From Treponemataceae bacterium (lineage in GTDB: Bacteria > Spirochaetota > Spirochaetia > Treponematales > Rectinemataceae): a DNA stretch of 64,000 bases. The position numbers were made by a program, and so were the translations under genes. The stretch's first letter is position 1. Every line of letters begins with the position of its first letter. The DNA lies in assembly GCA_963667725.2 (NCBI GenBank), contig CAXXHO010000003.1:256001-320000 (forward strand), written 5' to 3'. The notes under the pieces are model-generated. The model was not told where the DNA came from and searched no databases. It saw nothing but the letters and a program-made list of their open reading frames with translations. Positions 55,743 to 64,000 of this stretch are shown here, one piece after another.

Positions 55743-56453
55743 ATGAAGGACTATCTACAGGTAGCCAATAGCCCGTACATGTATATCGGTGTCGTGCTGT
55801 TGCTGGGCATCGTCTGCTGGCAGGCCAGCGTATTCATCAGCAGATCGCTGAAGCGAGCGCAGGCGCTTGGAATCACCAGAGAAAAAATCAATAAGACGGT
55901 GAAAGTGGCCGCTTTGACCAGCCTCGTCCCTAGCCTCGCGATCGTAGTCGCTTTGCTGACGCTTGCTCCGGTCTTGGGGCTCCCTTTTTCCTGGACGAGG
56001 CTGTCCATCATCGGATCGCTTTCCTATGAACTGCTGGCGGCTGATATCGGCGCCAAGGCCGCGGGCGTCACCTTAGGCGGGGCGGGCTATGGTTCAGGCG
56101 CTTTTCTCGCCTCGGTCTGCACGCAGACAATCGGATCCTTCGTGACTTTAGGGCTCACTATCTTCGGATTTAAATGGTACAAGGATCGGCTGAACAGATC
56201 CCTGAAGAAAGCAGGGGACAAAAGCTGGAGCCGCATCCTGATAGCGGCAATCATAGTCTCCATGTATTCCCGGTTCATGGCCGAACCGGTCGCCAGAGGC
56301 GGAGTGGCGCTCGTCACGATGCTGGTCAGCGCGACATCGATGATACTCGTCGGTCTCTTGATCAAGAAATGCAAACTCAAATGGCTCTCCGATTTCGCCA
56401 TTTCTCTCAGCATGATCGTCGGCATGGCGGCCGCGATCGTCTATTCATTCTAA
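55743..56453 (+). CDS. DUF5058 family membrane protein
   Basis: ANS, SLVPS.AI, LG.P.SWTRLSIIGSLSYEL.AA, W...FAISLSMIVGM; AAGGAGG SD. Confidence 0.8.
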   Translation: MKDYLQVANSPYMYIGVVLLLGIVCWQASVFISRSLKRAQALGITREKINKTVKVAALTSLVPSLAIVVALLTLAPVLGLPFSWTRLSIIGSLSYELLAADIGAKAAGVTLGGAGYGSGAFLASVCTQTIGSFVTLGLTIFGFKWYKDRLNRSLKKAGDKSWSRILIAAIIVSMYSRFMAEPVARGGVALVTMLVSATSMILVGLLIKKCKLKWLSDFAISLSMIVGMAAAIVYSF

Positions 56454-56467
56454 AAGGAGATCCTCGA

Positions 56468-57130
56468 ATGAAAAAAGAATTGACATACGACGAAAACGCC
56501 CATCGTTTTGGAAGGATCAGCCTCATTGTAGGAACGATAGCCACCTGTGTCTTCCCCGCCATACTGATCTTCGGCTTCCATGTCCCCGTCGACATCAGAA
56601 GCATCCTCAGCGGAGCCGGCAACATACTCATACTCATGATACCGGTGTCTCTCAGCGAATTCCTGAGCATTTCGCCGATGATAGGAACCTCGGCGATGTA
56701 TATCATGGTATTGACGGGAAACTTCACTAACCTGAAAATCCCTTCCTCCATCGCGGCGATGGAGGCTGTCGGCCTTGACCCCGCCAACTACACCGATGAA
56801 TCCGATGTGATCTCCACCATAGCGATGGGTGTGTCGACCATCGTCTGCATCGTCGTCATAGCGTTGGGCGCTCTGCTGATCGTACCGCTGTCCGGACCGC
56901 TTTCGAACCCCGTTCTTTCTCCCGCTTTCGAGAACATCGTTCCGGCGCTGTTCGGCGCGCTTGGAATGGGGATGATGTCCAAGAATTTCAAGCTCGCCAT
57001 AGCGCCATTTATCCTCGGCGTCGTCCTGCTCGCTACCGGGGTCATTCCCGGCGCGCTGGTTCTGCCTATCCTGATACTCGTCGGCATCGTCGCGGCCCGC
57101 GTCATGTATAAAAAGAATTGGGTGAAGTAA
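56468..57130 (+). CDS. Membrane protein, probable partner subunit of the DUF5058 transporter
   Basis: HRFGR, E..S.SPMIG...Y...LTGN.TNLKIP, PALFGALG; about 6 TM; AAGGAG SD. Confidence 0.75.
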   Translation: MKKELTYDENAHRFGRISLIVGTIATCVFPAILIFGFHVPVDIRSILSGAGNILILMIPVSLSEFLSISPMIGTSAMYIMVLTGNFTNLKIPSSIAAMEAVGLDPANYTDESDVISTIAMGVSTIVCIVVIALGALLIVPLSGPLSNPVLSPAFENIVPALFGALGMGMMSKNFKLAIAPFILGVVLLATGVIPGALVLPILILVGIVAARVMYKKNWVK

Positions 57131-57141
57131 AAAGGGAAATC

Positions 57142-58719
57142 ATGCTTGATCTATTGATAAAGAACGCCGCGGTCATCGACGGCACGGGCGCGGACCGCAT
57201 AACGAGAAATGTCGGAGTAAAAGATGGCCGATTCCGCCTCGATGGAATCGGGAACGCGGAAGCGGGGGAAACGATCGACGCCGACGGTCTGGCTCTGGCT
57301 CCAGGATTCATCGACGCCCATGGGCATTCGGACCTCTTCGCGTGGGTCGAACCGCTGTGTTCGGCCAAACTCCGCCAGGGCATCACCACCGAGATCGCCG
57401 GCCAATGCGGCATGTCTCCCGCCCCGGTCAGCGCGGAGTTCCAGCCTGTATATCGCCTGTATTATGAAAGCCAGGGCGCGCCGATCTATCCCGACCATAC
57501 GGAACTCACATCAGTCGCCGCCCTCATGGAAAGGCTGGAATCCCTGAAGCTCGGTATCAATCTGGCTGTATTCGCGGCCCAAGGCACGCTTCGCATCGCG
57601 GCGATGGGCTTGAATCCCGCCAAACCGGATAAAGCCCAAATGGATCGCATGCAAGCGCAGGCTCGGGAGGCGATGCAGGCCGGAGCCTTGGGAATATCCA
57701 GCGGCCTCATGTATCCGCCTGGCTCCTTTTCGGACGAGGACGAACTTGTCGCCCTGTGCGAAGCGGTCGCCCCTTACGGCGGCATCTATACTTCACACAT
57801 ACGCAATCAGGGAAACCAGCTCGCGCGAAGCGTCGAGGAAACGCTCTCCATCGCCCGCAGGGCGGGGATAAGCGCGAATATTTCGCATCATAAGGCCGCG
57901 GGCAAAGCCAACTGGGGGAAAGTGGCGGAGACAATCCGCATGATCCATGAAGAGGGGAACGCGACTCACGACGTATATCCCTACACGGCCAGTTCAACTT
58001 CCCTCTCGGCCACCCTTCCCCCTGCCTGCATGAAGGAAGGAATCGAAAAGCTGATCATTCACCTTGGGGATTCTTCCTATCTGCGGGAGCTTGAGAAAAG
58101 GATATTCCAGCCCTGCGAAGAATGGGACAACGACCTGCTGGAATGCGGTTATGACGGCATCCTCGTCATCGATGCCCCCCTCACCGCCGACGCGCCGGGA
58201 CTCACCATCGCGCAGTACGCGGCGAAACACGCCATGAGGCCCTTCGACGCCTATATCCATCTCCTGCGCGAGAACCGCCTGCATGTCAACGATGTGTGCT
58301 TCTCCATGTCGCAGGGCGATGTGGACACGCTCATCGGCGACCCGCTGTGCATGTTCGGGACGGACTCGCTCTATGTGCCTGGCATGAAGATGACGCATCC
58401 TCGGTCCATCGGCACCTTCCCGCGAATTCTGGGGAGAAGCGTCAGGGAGCAAAAACTCATCACTCTTGAAGAGGCGATCCGCAAGATGACCAGCCTGCCG
58501 GCGAAGCGCTATGGCCTATCGGGGAAAGGCATCATCGCGGAAGGGGCCGACGCTGATATGGTCCTCTTCGATCCGGAAACCGTCATGGATCGCGCCGACT
58601 ATACTTCCCCTCTTGCCGAAAATGTTGGAATCGCTGGAGTGTATGTAGGAGGAACGCTCGCGGTGGATCATGGAACGCCTACCGGAGCGCGCGATGGACA
58701 TGTGCTGAGAAAAGGCTGA
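57142..58719 (+). CDS. N-acyl-D-amino-acid deacylase (D-aminoacylase)
   Basis: PGFIDAHGHSD, QGITT...GQCG, GISSGL.YPPG, SHIR, ISHHK, YPYTA, GTD, HPR..GTFPR. Confidence 0.92.
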   Translation: MLDLLIKNAAVIDGTGADRITRNVGVKDGRFRLDGIGNAEAGETIDADGLALAPGFIDAHGHSDLFAWVEPLCSAKLRQGITTEIAGQCGMSPAPVSAEFQPVYRLYYESQGAPIYPDHTELTSVAALMERLESLKLGINLAVFAAQGTLRIAAMGLNPAKPDKAQMDRMQAQAREAMQAGALGISSGLMYPPGSFSDEDELVALCEAVAPYGGIYTSHIRNQGNQLARSVEETLSIARRAGISANISHHKAAGKANWGKVAETIRMIHEEGNATHDVYPYTASSTSLSATLPPACMKEGIEKLIIHLGDSSYLRELEKRIFQPCEEWDNDLLECGYDGILVIDAPLTADAPGLTIAQYAAKHAMRPFDAYIHLLRENRLHVNDVCFSMSQGDVDTLIGDPLCMFGTDSLYVPGMKMTHPRSIGTFPRILGRSVREQKLITLEEAIRKMTSLPAKRYGLSGKGIIAEGADADMVLFDPETVMDRADYTSPLAENVGIAGVYVGGTLAVDHGTPTGARDGHVLRKG

Positions 58720-58797
58720 ATACCTGTTTCCCGCCCCTCCATTGTGGAATACAATGCGTACTCGCAGTATGTATCGCCATGGAAGAGGTGGGGAGAC

Positions 58798-60285
58798 GTG
58801 CCATTTCACTATGATGTCCTGATAATCGGCGGAGGCGTCGTCGGATGCGCCATCGCCAGGGAGTTGTCGCGCTTTCAGGTAAAGACCGCGGTCGTCGAAA
58901 AAGAACTGGATGTAGGATTCGGAACGAGCTGCCGCAACAGCGGCGTTCTCCATGCCGGCTTCAACTATACCCCGGGAACGCTGCGGGCCTACCTCTGCGT
59001 GAAGGGGAACGCCCTCATGGATGAGCTTTGCCGCGACCTCAAGGTGAAGATCCGACGGATCGGCAAACTGACCGTAGCCCTCGACAAGGATGACGAAGCG
59101 ACGCTCCATCGTCTCAAGGCTCAAGGGGATGCCAATGGGGTTCCTGGCCTCGAGCTCATCGGCGGAGCGAGGATGCGGACGATCCAGCCCGGTGTCGAAG
59201 GCGCACTCGCCCTGTATTCTCCCTCCAGCTCGATACTATTGCCCTACGCCCTCACTATCGGCCTGGCGGAAAACGCTCTCGACAATGGCGCGCATTTCCA
59301 TCTTGGACAGGAGGTTGTCTCCATAGCGCAGTCGGCCGGATCAGGCTGGCGGGTGGGGACAGCTTCCGGCGACAGCTTTACGGCAGAGGTGATCGTCAAC
59401 GCGGCGGGGCTCTATGCCGCGGAGGTCTGCGGCATGGCGGGCATCATGGACTATCATATCTATCCATGCCGGGGCGAATACTATGTCCTGGACAAGCGGC
59501 TCAACGGAACGCTCAACGCGCTCATCTATCCCGCTCCGAAGAAAAACTCCCCCGGACTCGGAATTCATCTCACGCCCACGGTGGACGGCAACATCCTCAT
59601 CGGCCCCAGCGCCCAATACCTGGACGATCCCGCCGATTACGGATGCAGCGCCTGTGTCATGGAAGACCTCCGCCGCGAAGGCCAGAACCTCCTGCCCGAT
59701 ATACGAGTGACCGACTACATCCGCAGCTTTTCGGGCAACCGGGCCAAACGGACGCCTCCATCGGTCGGCGGGAACGCGGACTTCGTGATCGAAGACCGAA
59801 GGGACAAGGAGGGGTTCATCAACCTGTTGGGGATCGAAAGCCCCGGCTTGACCTCTTCGCCCGCCATCGCCCTGATGGTGAGGGAAATGGTGGAAAAGCA
59901 TGTCGTGCTGTGGCCGAATCCTTCCTTCAATCCGCTGCGTCAGGGCAGCGCCCTCTTCTTCTCCGAGCTTCCTTCGGAGGAAAAGGCCGACCTCATCGCG
60001 AAAAACCCCAATTATGGCGAAATCGTCTGCCGCTGCGAGAAAATCACGAAACAGGAAATACTCGACGCGATACATAACCCTCTTGGCGCCCGCACGCTCG
60101 CGAGCATCAAGTATCGCGCCCGCGCGTCGATGGGCCGCTGTCAGGGCGGTTTCTGCATTCCCCGGATCGCCCGGATACTCCGCGACGAGTTTGGCTTCAG
60201 ACCCGAGGATTTCCTGAAAAGCGGTGCAAGCTCTCCGCTCTTTGTGGGGAATGTGCGGCCTGCGGAAGCGGGGGCTCACCGATGA
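58798..60285 (+). CDS. FAD-dependent oxidoreductase (DAO/GlpA/LhgO-like) with a C-terminal BFD-like [2Fe-2S] domain
   Basis: IIGGGVVG, TSCRNSG.LHAG, NAAGLYA, IESPGLTS; CRCE..MGRCQGGFC. Confidence 0.9.
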   Translation: MPFHYDVLIIGGGVVGCAIARELSRFQVKTAVVEKELDVGFGTSCRNSGVLHAGFNYTPGTLRAYLCVKGNALMDELCRDLKVKIRRIGKLTVALDKDDEATLHRLKAQGDANGVPGLELIGGARMRTIQPGVEGALALYSPSSSILLPYALTIGLAENALDNGAHFHLGQEVVSIAQSAGSGWRVGTASGDSFTAEVIVNAAGLYAAEVCGMAGIMDYHIYPCRGEYYVLDKRLNGTLNALIYPAPKKNSPGLGIHLTPTVDGNILIGPSAQYLDDPADYGCSACVMEDLRREGQNLLPDIRVTDYIRSFSGNRAKRTPPSVGGNADFVIEDRRDKEGFINLLGIESPGLTSSPAIALMVREMVEKHVVLWPNPSFNPLRQGSALFFSELPSEEKADLIAKNPNYGEIVCRCEKITKQEILDAIHNPLGARTLASIKYRARASMGRCQGGFCIPRIARILRDEFGFRPEDFLKSGASSPLFVGNVRPAEAGAHR

Positions 60286-61544
60286 ACGGAAAAACATCGG
60301 CCATCAGGGCCGAAAGCAGGGAGGTCGTGGTGATAGGCGGTGGCCCTGCGGGCCTCGCCGCGGCGATCGCCGCGAGGGAAGCGGGCTGCCGGGATGTTCT
60401 CCTCATCGAGCGTGACCGTCTCCTCGGCGGGATCCTGAATCAGTGCATCCACGATGGCTTCGGTCTGCTGACCTTCAAGGAAGCCCTCTCGGGCCCGGAA
60501 TACGCGTCCCGCTTCATCGCCAGGTTCGATGAGCTGGGCATCGAGGCGAAACTGGGAACCATCGTCCTTTCGCTTTCATCCGACCGAATCCTCGAAGTGA
60601 GCGCGATGGGCGGTTACGAGCGTATCGAAGCCAAGGCCGTGGTGCTTGCCATGGGCTGCAGGGAACGCGCGAGGGGAGCCATCTCCATCCCGGGAGACAG
60701 GCCGTCGGGGATCATCACCGCCGGTGCGGCCCAGAACCTCATGAACCTCGAAAACATCATGGTGGGAAAAAACATCGCCATTCTGGGTTCGGGCGATATC
60801 GGCCTCATCATGGCGCGGCGCATGACCCTCGAGGGCGCCCATGTCCAAGCGGTCTTCGAGATACTTCCCTATTCGAGCGGCCTTCCCCGGAACATTCAGC
60901 AGTGCCTGAACGACTACGATATCCCTCTTTTCCTGAACACCACGGTGACCGAAATCCGCGGCGCGGGGAGGCTGGAGGGCGTGAAAGTAGCCCAGGTGGG
61001 GCAGGACAGATCGCCCATTCCAGAAACGGAACGCTATGTGCCCTGCGACACGCTGCTGCTTTCGGTAGGACTCATTCCCGAGAACGAACTGACGAGAGAA
61101 GCGGGCATAGTCATGGACGCCGTGACGAGCGGCGCGCGCGTGGATGACGCTTTCATGACAAGCGCGCCTGGAATTTTTGCCTGCGGGAACGCGCTTCATG
61201 TCCACGACCTCGTGGACTGGGTTTCGGTGGAAGCGGCGGAAGCCGGCCGCCGCGCCGCCCTCTTCGCCGCGGGCGAGAAAAACGAATCACAGAGGGGAAT
61301 TCCCGTAAAGCCGGGGGAGGGCGTCCGCTATTCCCTTCCGCAGAGCGTTTCGGGCGAAGAGGATTTCACTCTATCGCTTCGCGTGACGGCGCCTTGGCGG
61401 AACAGGGCCGTAGTCGTCAGAAGCGGCGAGAAAATTGTGGCGCGAAAGATGGCCAGGCGACTTCATCCGGCCGAGATGATGCGGATCGACGTCGAGAAAA
61501 AGAACCTGGTCGGTTGTACAAGTCTGGGGGTGACGCTGGAATGA
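60282..61544 (+). CDS. FAD/NAD(P)-dependent pyridine nucleotide-disulfide oxidoreductase family protein
   Basis: GGGPAG, GGILNQCIH.GFG, AMGCRER, GSGDIG, CGN.LHVHDLVD. Confidence 0.9.
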   Translation: MNGKTSAIRAESREVVVIGGGPAGLAAAIAAREAGCRDVLLIERDRLLGGILNQCIHDGFGLLTFKEALSGPEYASRFIARFDELGIEAKLGTIVLSLSSDRILEVSAMGGYERIEAKAVVLAMGCRERARGAISIPGDRPSGIITAGAAQNLMNLENIMVGKNIAILGSGDIGLIMARRMTLEGAHVQAVFEILPYSSGLPRNIQQCLNDYDIPLFLNTTVTEIRGAGRLEGVKVAQVGQDRSPIPETERYVPCDTLLLSVGLIPENELTREAGIVMDAVTSGARVDDAFMTSAPGIFACGNALHVHDLVDWVSVEAAEAGRRAALFAAGEKNESQRGIPVKPGEGVRYSLPQSVSGEEDFTLSLRVTAPWRNRAVVVRSGEKIVARKMARRLHPAEMMRIDVEKKNLVGCTSLGVTLE

Positions 61545-61918
61545 GCGCGAAGGAATTTACCTGCGTAGTGTGTCCCAACGGTTGTTCCATCGTCGTCGAC
61601 ATCGATGACGATGAAACGCCCATCGTGACGGGGATTCAGGGGAACACCTGCAAAAGGGGCGCCGAATGGGCGCGTCAGGAAGTTGAAAATCCGATGCGGA
61701 CCATAGCGTCCAGCGTCTCCGTTCGCGGCGGGGATTTCCCTCTCGCCAGCGTTCGGACGAGTAGGCCCATACCATTGGCGAAAATTCGGCGAGTCATGGA
61801 GGAAATCCAAAAAATCTCCGTGAACGCGCCGGTGGCCATAGGCGATGTCGTCATCGCGCGGCCGGCCGGCTGCGATACGGAAATCGTTGTCACCAGAAAC
61901 GTCAGATCTTCTTCTTAA
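61541..61918 (+). CDS. DUF1667 family small Cys-motif protein
   Basis: CVVCPNGC, GNTCKRG, NPMR; ATGA overlap. Confidence 0.87.
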   Translation: MSAKEFTCVVCPNGCSIVVDIDDDETPIVTGIQGNTCKRGAEWARQEVENPMRTIASSVSVRGGDFPLASVRTSRPIPLAKIRRVMEEIQKISVNAPVAIGDVVIARPAGCDTEIVVTRNVRSSS

Positions 61919-62882
61919 GGCTTCCACCCTTGATCGCGTCTATCGATACCGAGATGATGAGCACGGAACCGATGACGACCTGTTGCCAGAACGAAGGGAT
62001 GTTGAGCATGACCATGCCATTGTTCAGGGTGCAGAGCACAAGGACGCCGAAAAGGGTGCCCAGGATGGTGCCCCGGCCGCCGGCGAGTCCGGCGCCTCCC
62101 AGGATGACGGCCGACAGGGCCTGCATATTGATCTCGCCGGCGGCCTGCGGCAGGGCTGCGCCAGTCTGAGCCGAAAGCAGAAGGGCCGCGATTCCGGCCA
62201 TAAGACCATGGATCATGTACAGCGTAGCTTTGATCCGATTCACCTTGACGCCCGCGAGGAAGCTGGCCTGAGGATTGCCGCCCACCATGTAGATAGTCCG
62301 TCCGAACACGGTCCGGCGACCGATCACCGAGAAAATGATGTAACAGACAAGCATGATGATCAATGAAAGCGGGATGCTACCGAAGAGCCGATGCCGCCCG
62401 ATATACTGGAATACCGGATCCGACAGGACGTAGGAGCTGCCGTCGTTGAGAAGGTAACAGATGCCGCGCATGATCTGCATGGAGGCGAGGGTGGTTATGA
62501 AGGGATTCAGCTTCAGGACGGTGATGAAGAAGCCGTTGAAAGCCCCGAAGAGAAGGCCCGCGGCAAGCGATATCGGAATGACGGCCGCGATGGGTAGGTG
62601 GTAGTCGACCATCATCTTCCCCGCGATCATGCCAATGACGGCGATTTGGGAGCCCACCGAGAGGTCGATGCAGCCGGACACGTTGATGAAGGTCATGCTG
62701 CAGGCGACCGTGCCCATGATGGCCGCGTAAAGGCCTATGTTCAGCAGGTTTCTGGTCGACAGGAAATGGGGCGACGTCAGGGAGAAGAAGACCATGAGAA
62801 GCGTGAGCGCCCCGATGACCGTTATCATCGACGAAGCGTTGTCGGAGGACAGATATCGCTTGATTCTTTCGGAAAACGTCAT
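61902..62882 (-). CDS. Sugar ABC transporter permease (RbsC-like)
   Basis: IDLSVGS, PFITTLA, T.FGR.IY.VGGN..AS.LAGV, AVILGG..L.GG.G. Confidence 0.92.
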   Translation of the reverse strand: MTFSERIKRYLSSDNASSMITVIGALTLLMVFFSLTSPHFLSTRNLLNIGLYAAIMGTVACSMTFINVSGCIDLSVGSQIAVIGMIAGKMMVDYHLPIAAVIPISLAAGLLFGAFNGFFITVLKLNPFITTLASMQIMRGICYLLNDGSSYVLSDPVFQYIGRHRLFGSIPLSLIIMLVCYIIFSVIGRRTVFGRTIYMVGGNPQASFLAGVKVNRIKATLYMIHGLMAGIAALLLSAQTGAALPQAAGEINMQALSAVILGGAGLAGGRGTILGTLFGVLVLCTLNNGMVMLNIPSFWQQVVIGSVLIISVSIDAIKGGSLKKKI

Positions 62883-62912
62883 TCATTCCCGCCTTATGTT
62901 AAAATGAATTGT

Positions 62913-64000
62913 CTAGCCGCCTATGGCCAGCCGGAGGACTTGTTCCTGGGTTGTCGCCTTCGCGTTCAGGATTCCCATGACCTTGCCTTCGTGCATCACC
63001 ATGATCTCGTCGCTCATGTTGAGGAGCTCCGGCATCTCGGAGGTTATCATGATGACGCACTTTCCGAGCGCGCAGAGATCCTGGAGAAGACGATAAATCT
63101 CCGCCTTGGCGCCGACGTCGATGCCTCTCGTCGGCTCGTTGAGGATGAGAACCGCTGGCTCCAGCTCGAGCCAGCGCGCCAGGACAACCTTCTGCTGATT
63201 GCCTCCCGAAAGGGACTCGGCGGCCGTGTTCCCAGAGGGTGTCTTCACGCTCAGGTTTCTTATCCATTTGGCGGCGATGCTCTCTTCTAGAGCCTTATCG
63301 ATGAACTTCCGCTTATGGAGGGCATAGTACGATATCATGATGTTGCTCTTCACCGAGGCGTTCAGGACAAGACCTTCGATTTTCCTCTCCGCCGGAACAT
63401 AGGCAATGCCCGCCTTCAAGGCTTCCAGGGGATTGGTGATCTTCGTGGCCACACCGTCCACCTTGATCTCGCCTTGGGCGTAGCTCATCTGGCCGAAGAC
63501 CGTCGGCCCTACCTCGAGATGTCCCGATCCCAAAAGACCATATATCCCGAAAATCGTTCCCTTGCGCGCCGTGAAGCTCAAGTCCCGGAAAACGTTATTG
63601 GTGAGGTTCGCGACCTCGAGGGCCACATCGCCCGCGACAGTCTCCCGCTTGGGGTACATGACAGACAGGTTTCTGCCTACCATCATGGAAATGAGCGTTT
63701 CTCTCGTCGCGTCGCTGATATTCACCTGACCGGTCACGATTCCGTCCCTGAGGACGACCACGCGGTCGGCCAGGCGGAACAGTTCGTCCAGTTTGTGGGA
63801 GATGTATATGACGGCCACGCCCATGGACGCCATGCGGTCCACCAGCTCAAAAAGCCGCTCCGTCTCCACGTCGTTGAGCGAACTTGTCGGCTCGTCGAGT
63901 ATCAGGACTTTGACATCCTCGGCCATAACCTTGGCGATTTCGATGAGCTGTTTCTGCGCCACCGTGCAATTGCCGAGCAGCATCTTTGGATCCAGGTCCA
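62913..64000 (-). CDS. Sugar ABC transporter ATP-binding protein (RbsA/MglA-like); 5' end lies outside the window
   Basis: LILDEPTSSL, YISHKL, LSGGNQQKV.LARW, EPTRGIDVGAK. Confidence 0.92.
   Translation of the reverse strand, partial: DLDPKMLLGNCTVAQKQLIEIAKVMAEDVKVLILDEPTSSLNDVETERLFELVDRMASMGVAVIYISHKLDELFRLADRVVVLRDGIVTGQVNISDATRETLISMMVGRNLSVMYPKRETVAGDVALEVANLTNNVFRDLSFTARKGTIFGIYGLLGSGHLEVGPTVFGQMSYAQGEIKVDGVATKITNPLEALKAGIAYVPAERKIEGLVLNASVKSNIMISYYALHKRKFIDKALEESIAAKWIRNLSVKTPSGNTAAESLSGGNQQKVVLARWLELEPAVLILNEPTRGIDVGAKAEIYRLLQDLCALGKCVIMITSEMPELLNMSDEIMVMHEGKVMGILNAKATTQEQVLRLAIGG

Overview
GC-rich bacterial chromosomal segment, most likely from an anaerobic spirochaete (inferred from the spirochaete-style lipoproteins, the small outer-membrane barrel and the fermentative gene content). 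It holds about 56 CDS and one initiator tRNA-Met. No mobile element, prophage, CRISPR array or rRNA was found. In order: an AmiA/OppA-type oligopeptide ABC operon, a serine hydrolase, ppx-ppk1, lipoproteins, an ABC-F ATPase, a DUF554/acyltransferase/DUF6320-like trio, tRNA-fMet and assorted enzymes. Next is a ~15 kb ROK-controlled catabolic locus of unknown substrate (enolase-superfamily enzyme, NitT/TauT-type ABC transporter, two Gfo/Idh/MocA dehydrogenases, an atypical creatininase-family protein, two TIM-barrel isomerases, a GPH symporter and a YeiH-type exporter), with two matching candidate operators. After that come a 2-oxoacid:ferredoxin oxidoreductase operon whose delta subunit has a GltD-like flavoprotein inserted in it, a deacetylase-bactofilin pair, a xanthine dehydrogenase-like trio, a LysR/D-aminoacylase/flavoprotein locus and a sugar ABC transporter cut by the window edge. 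The most striking feature is a ~1390-aa protein (49482-53654, minus strand). It joins an unknown helical N-terminal domain (possibly glucan-water-dikinase-like) to an intact PPDK ATP-grasp and phospho-His swivel module. In place of the PEP/pyruvate domain it carries a phosphoglycerate-kinase fold with a largely retained 3-PG site and an eroded nucleotide site, making it a candidate new dikinase.
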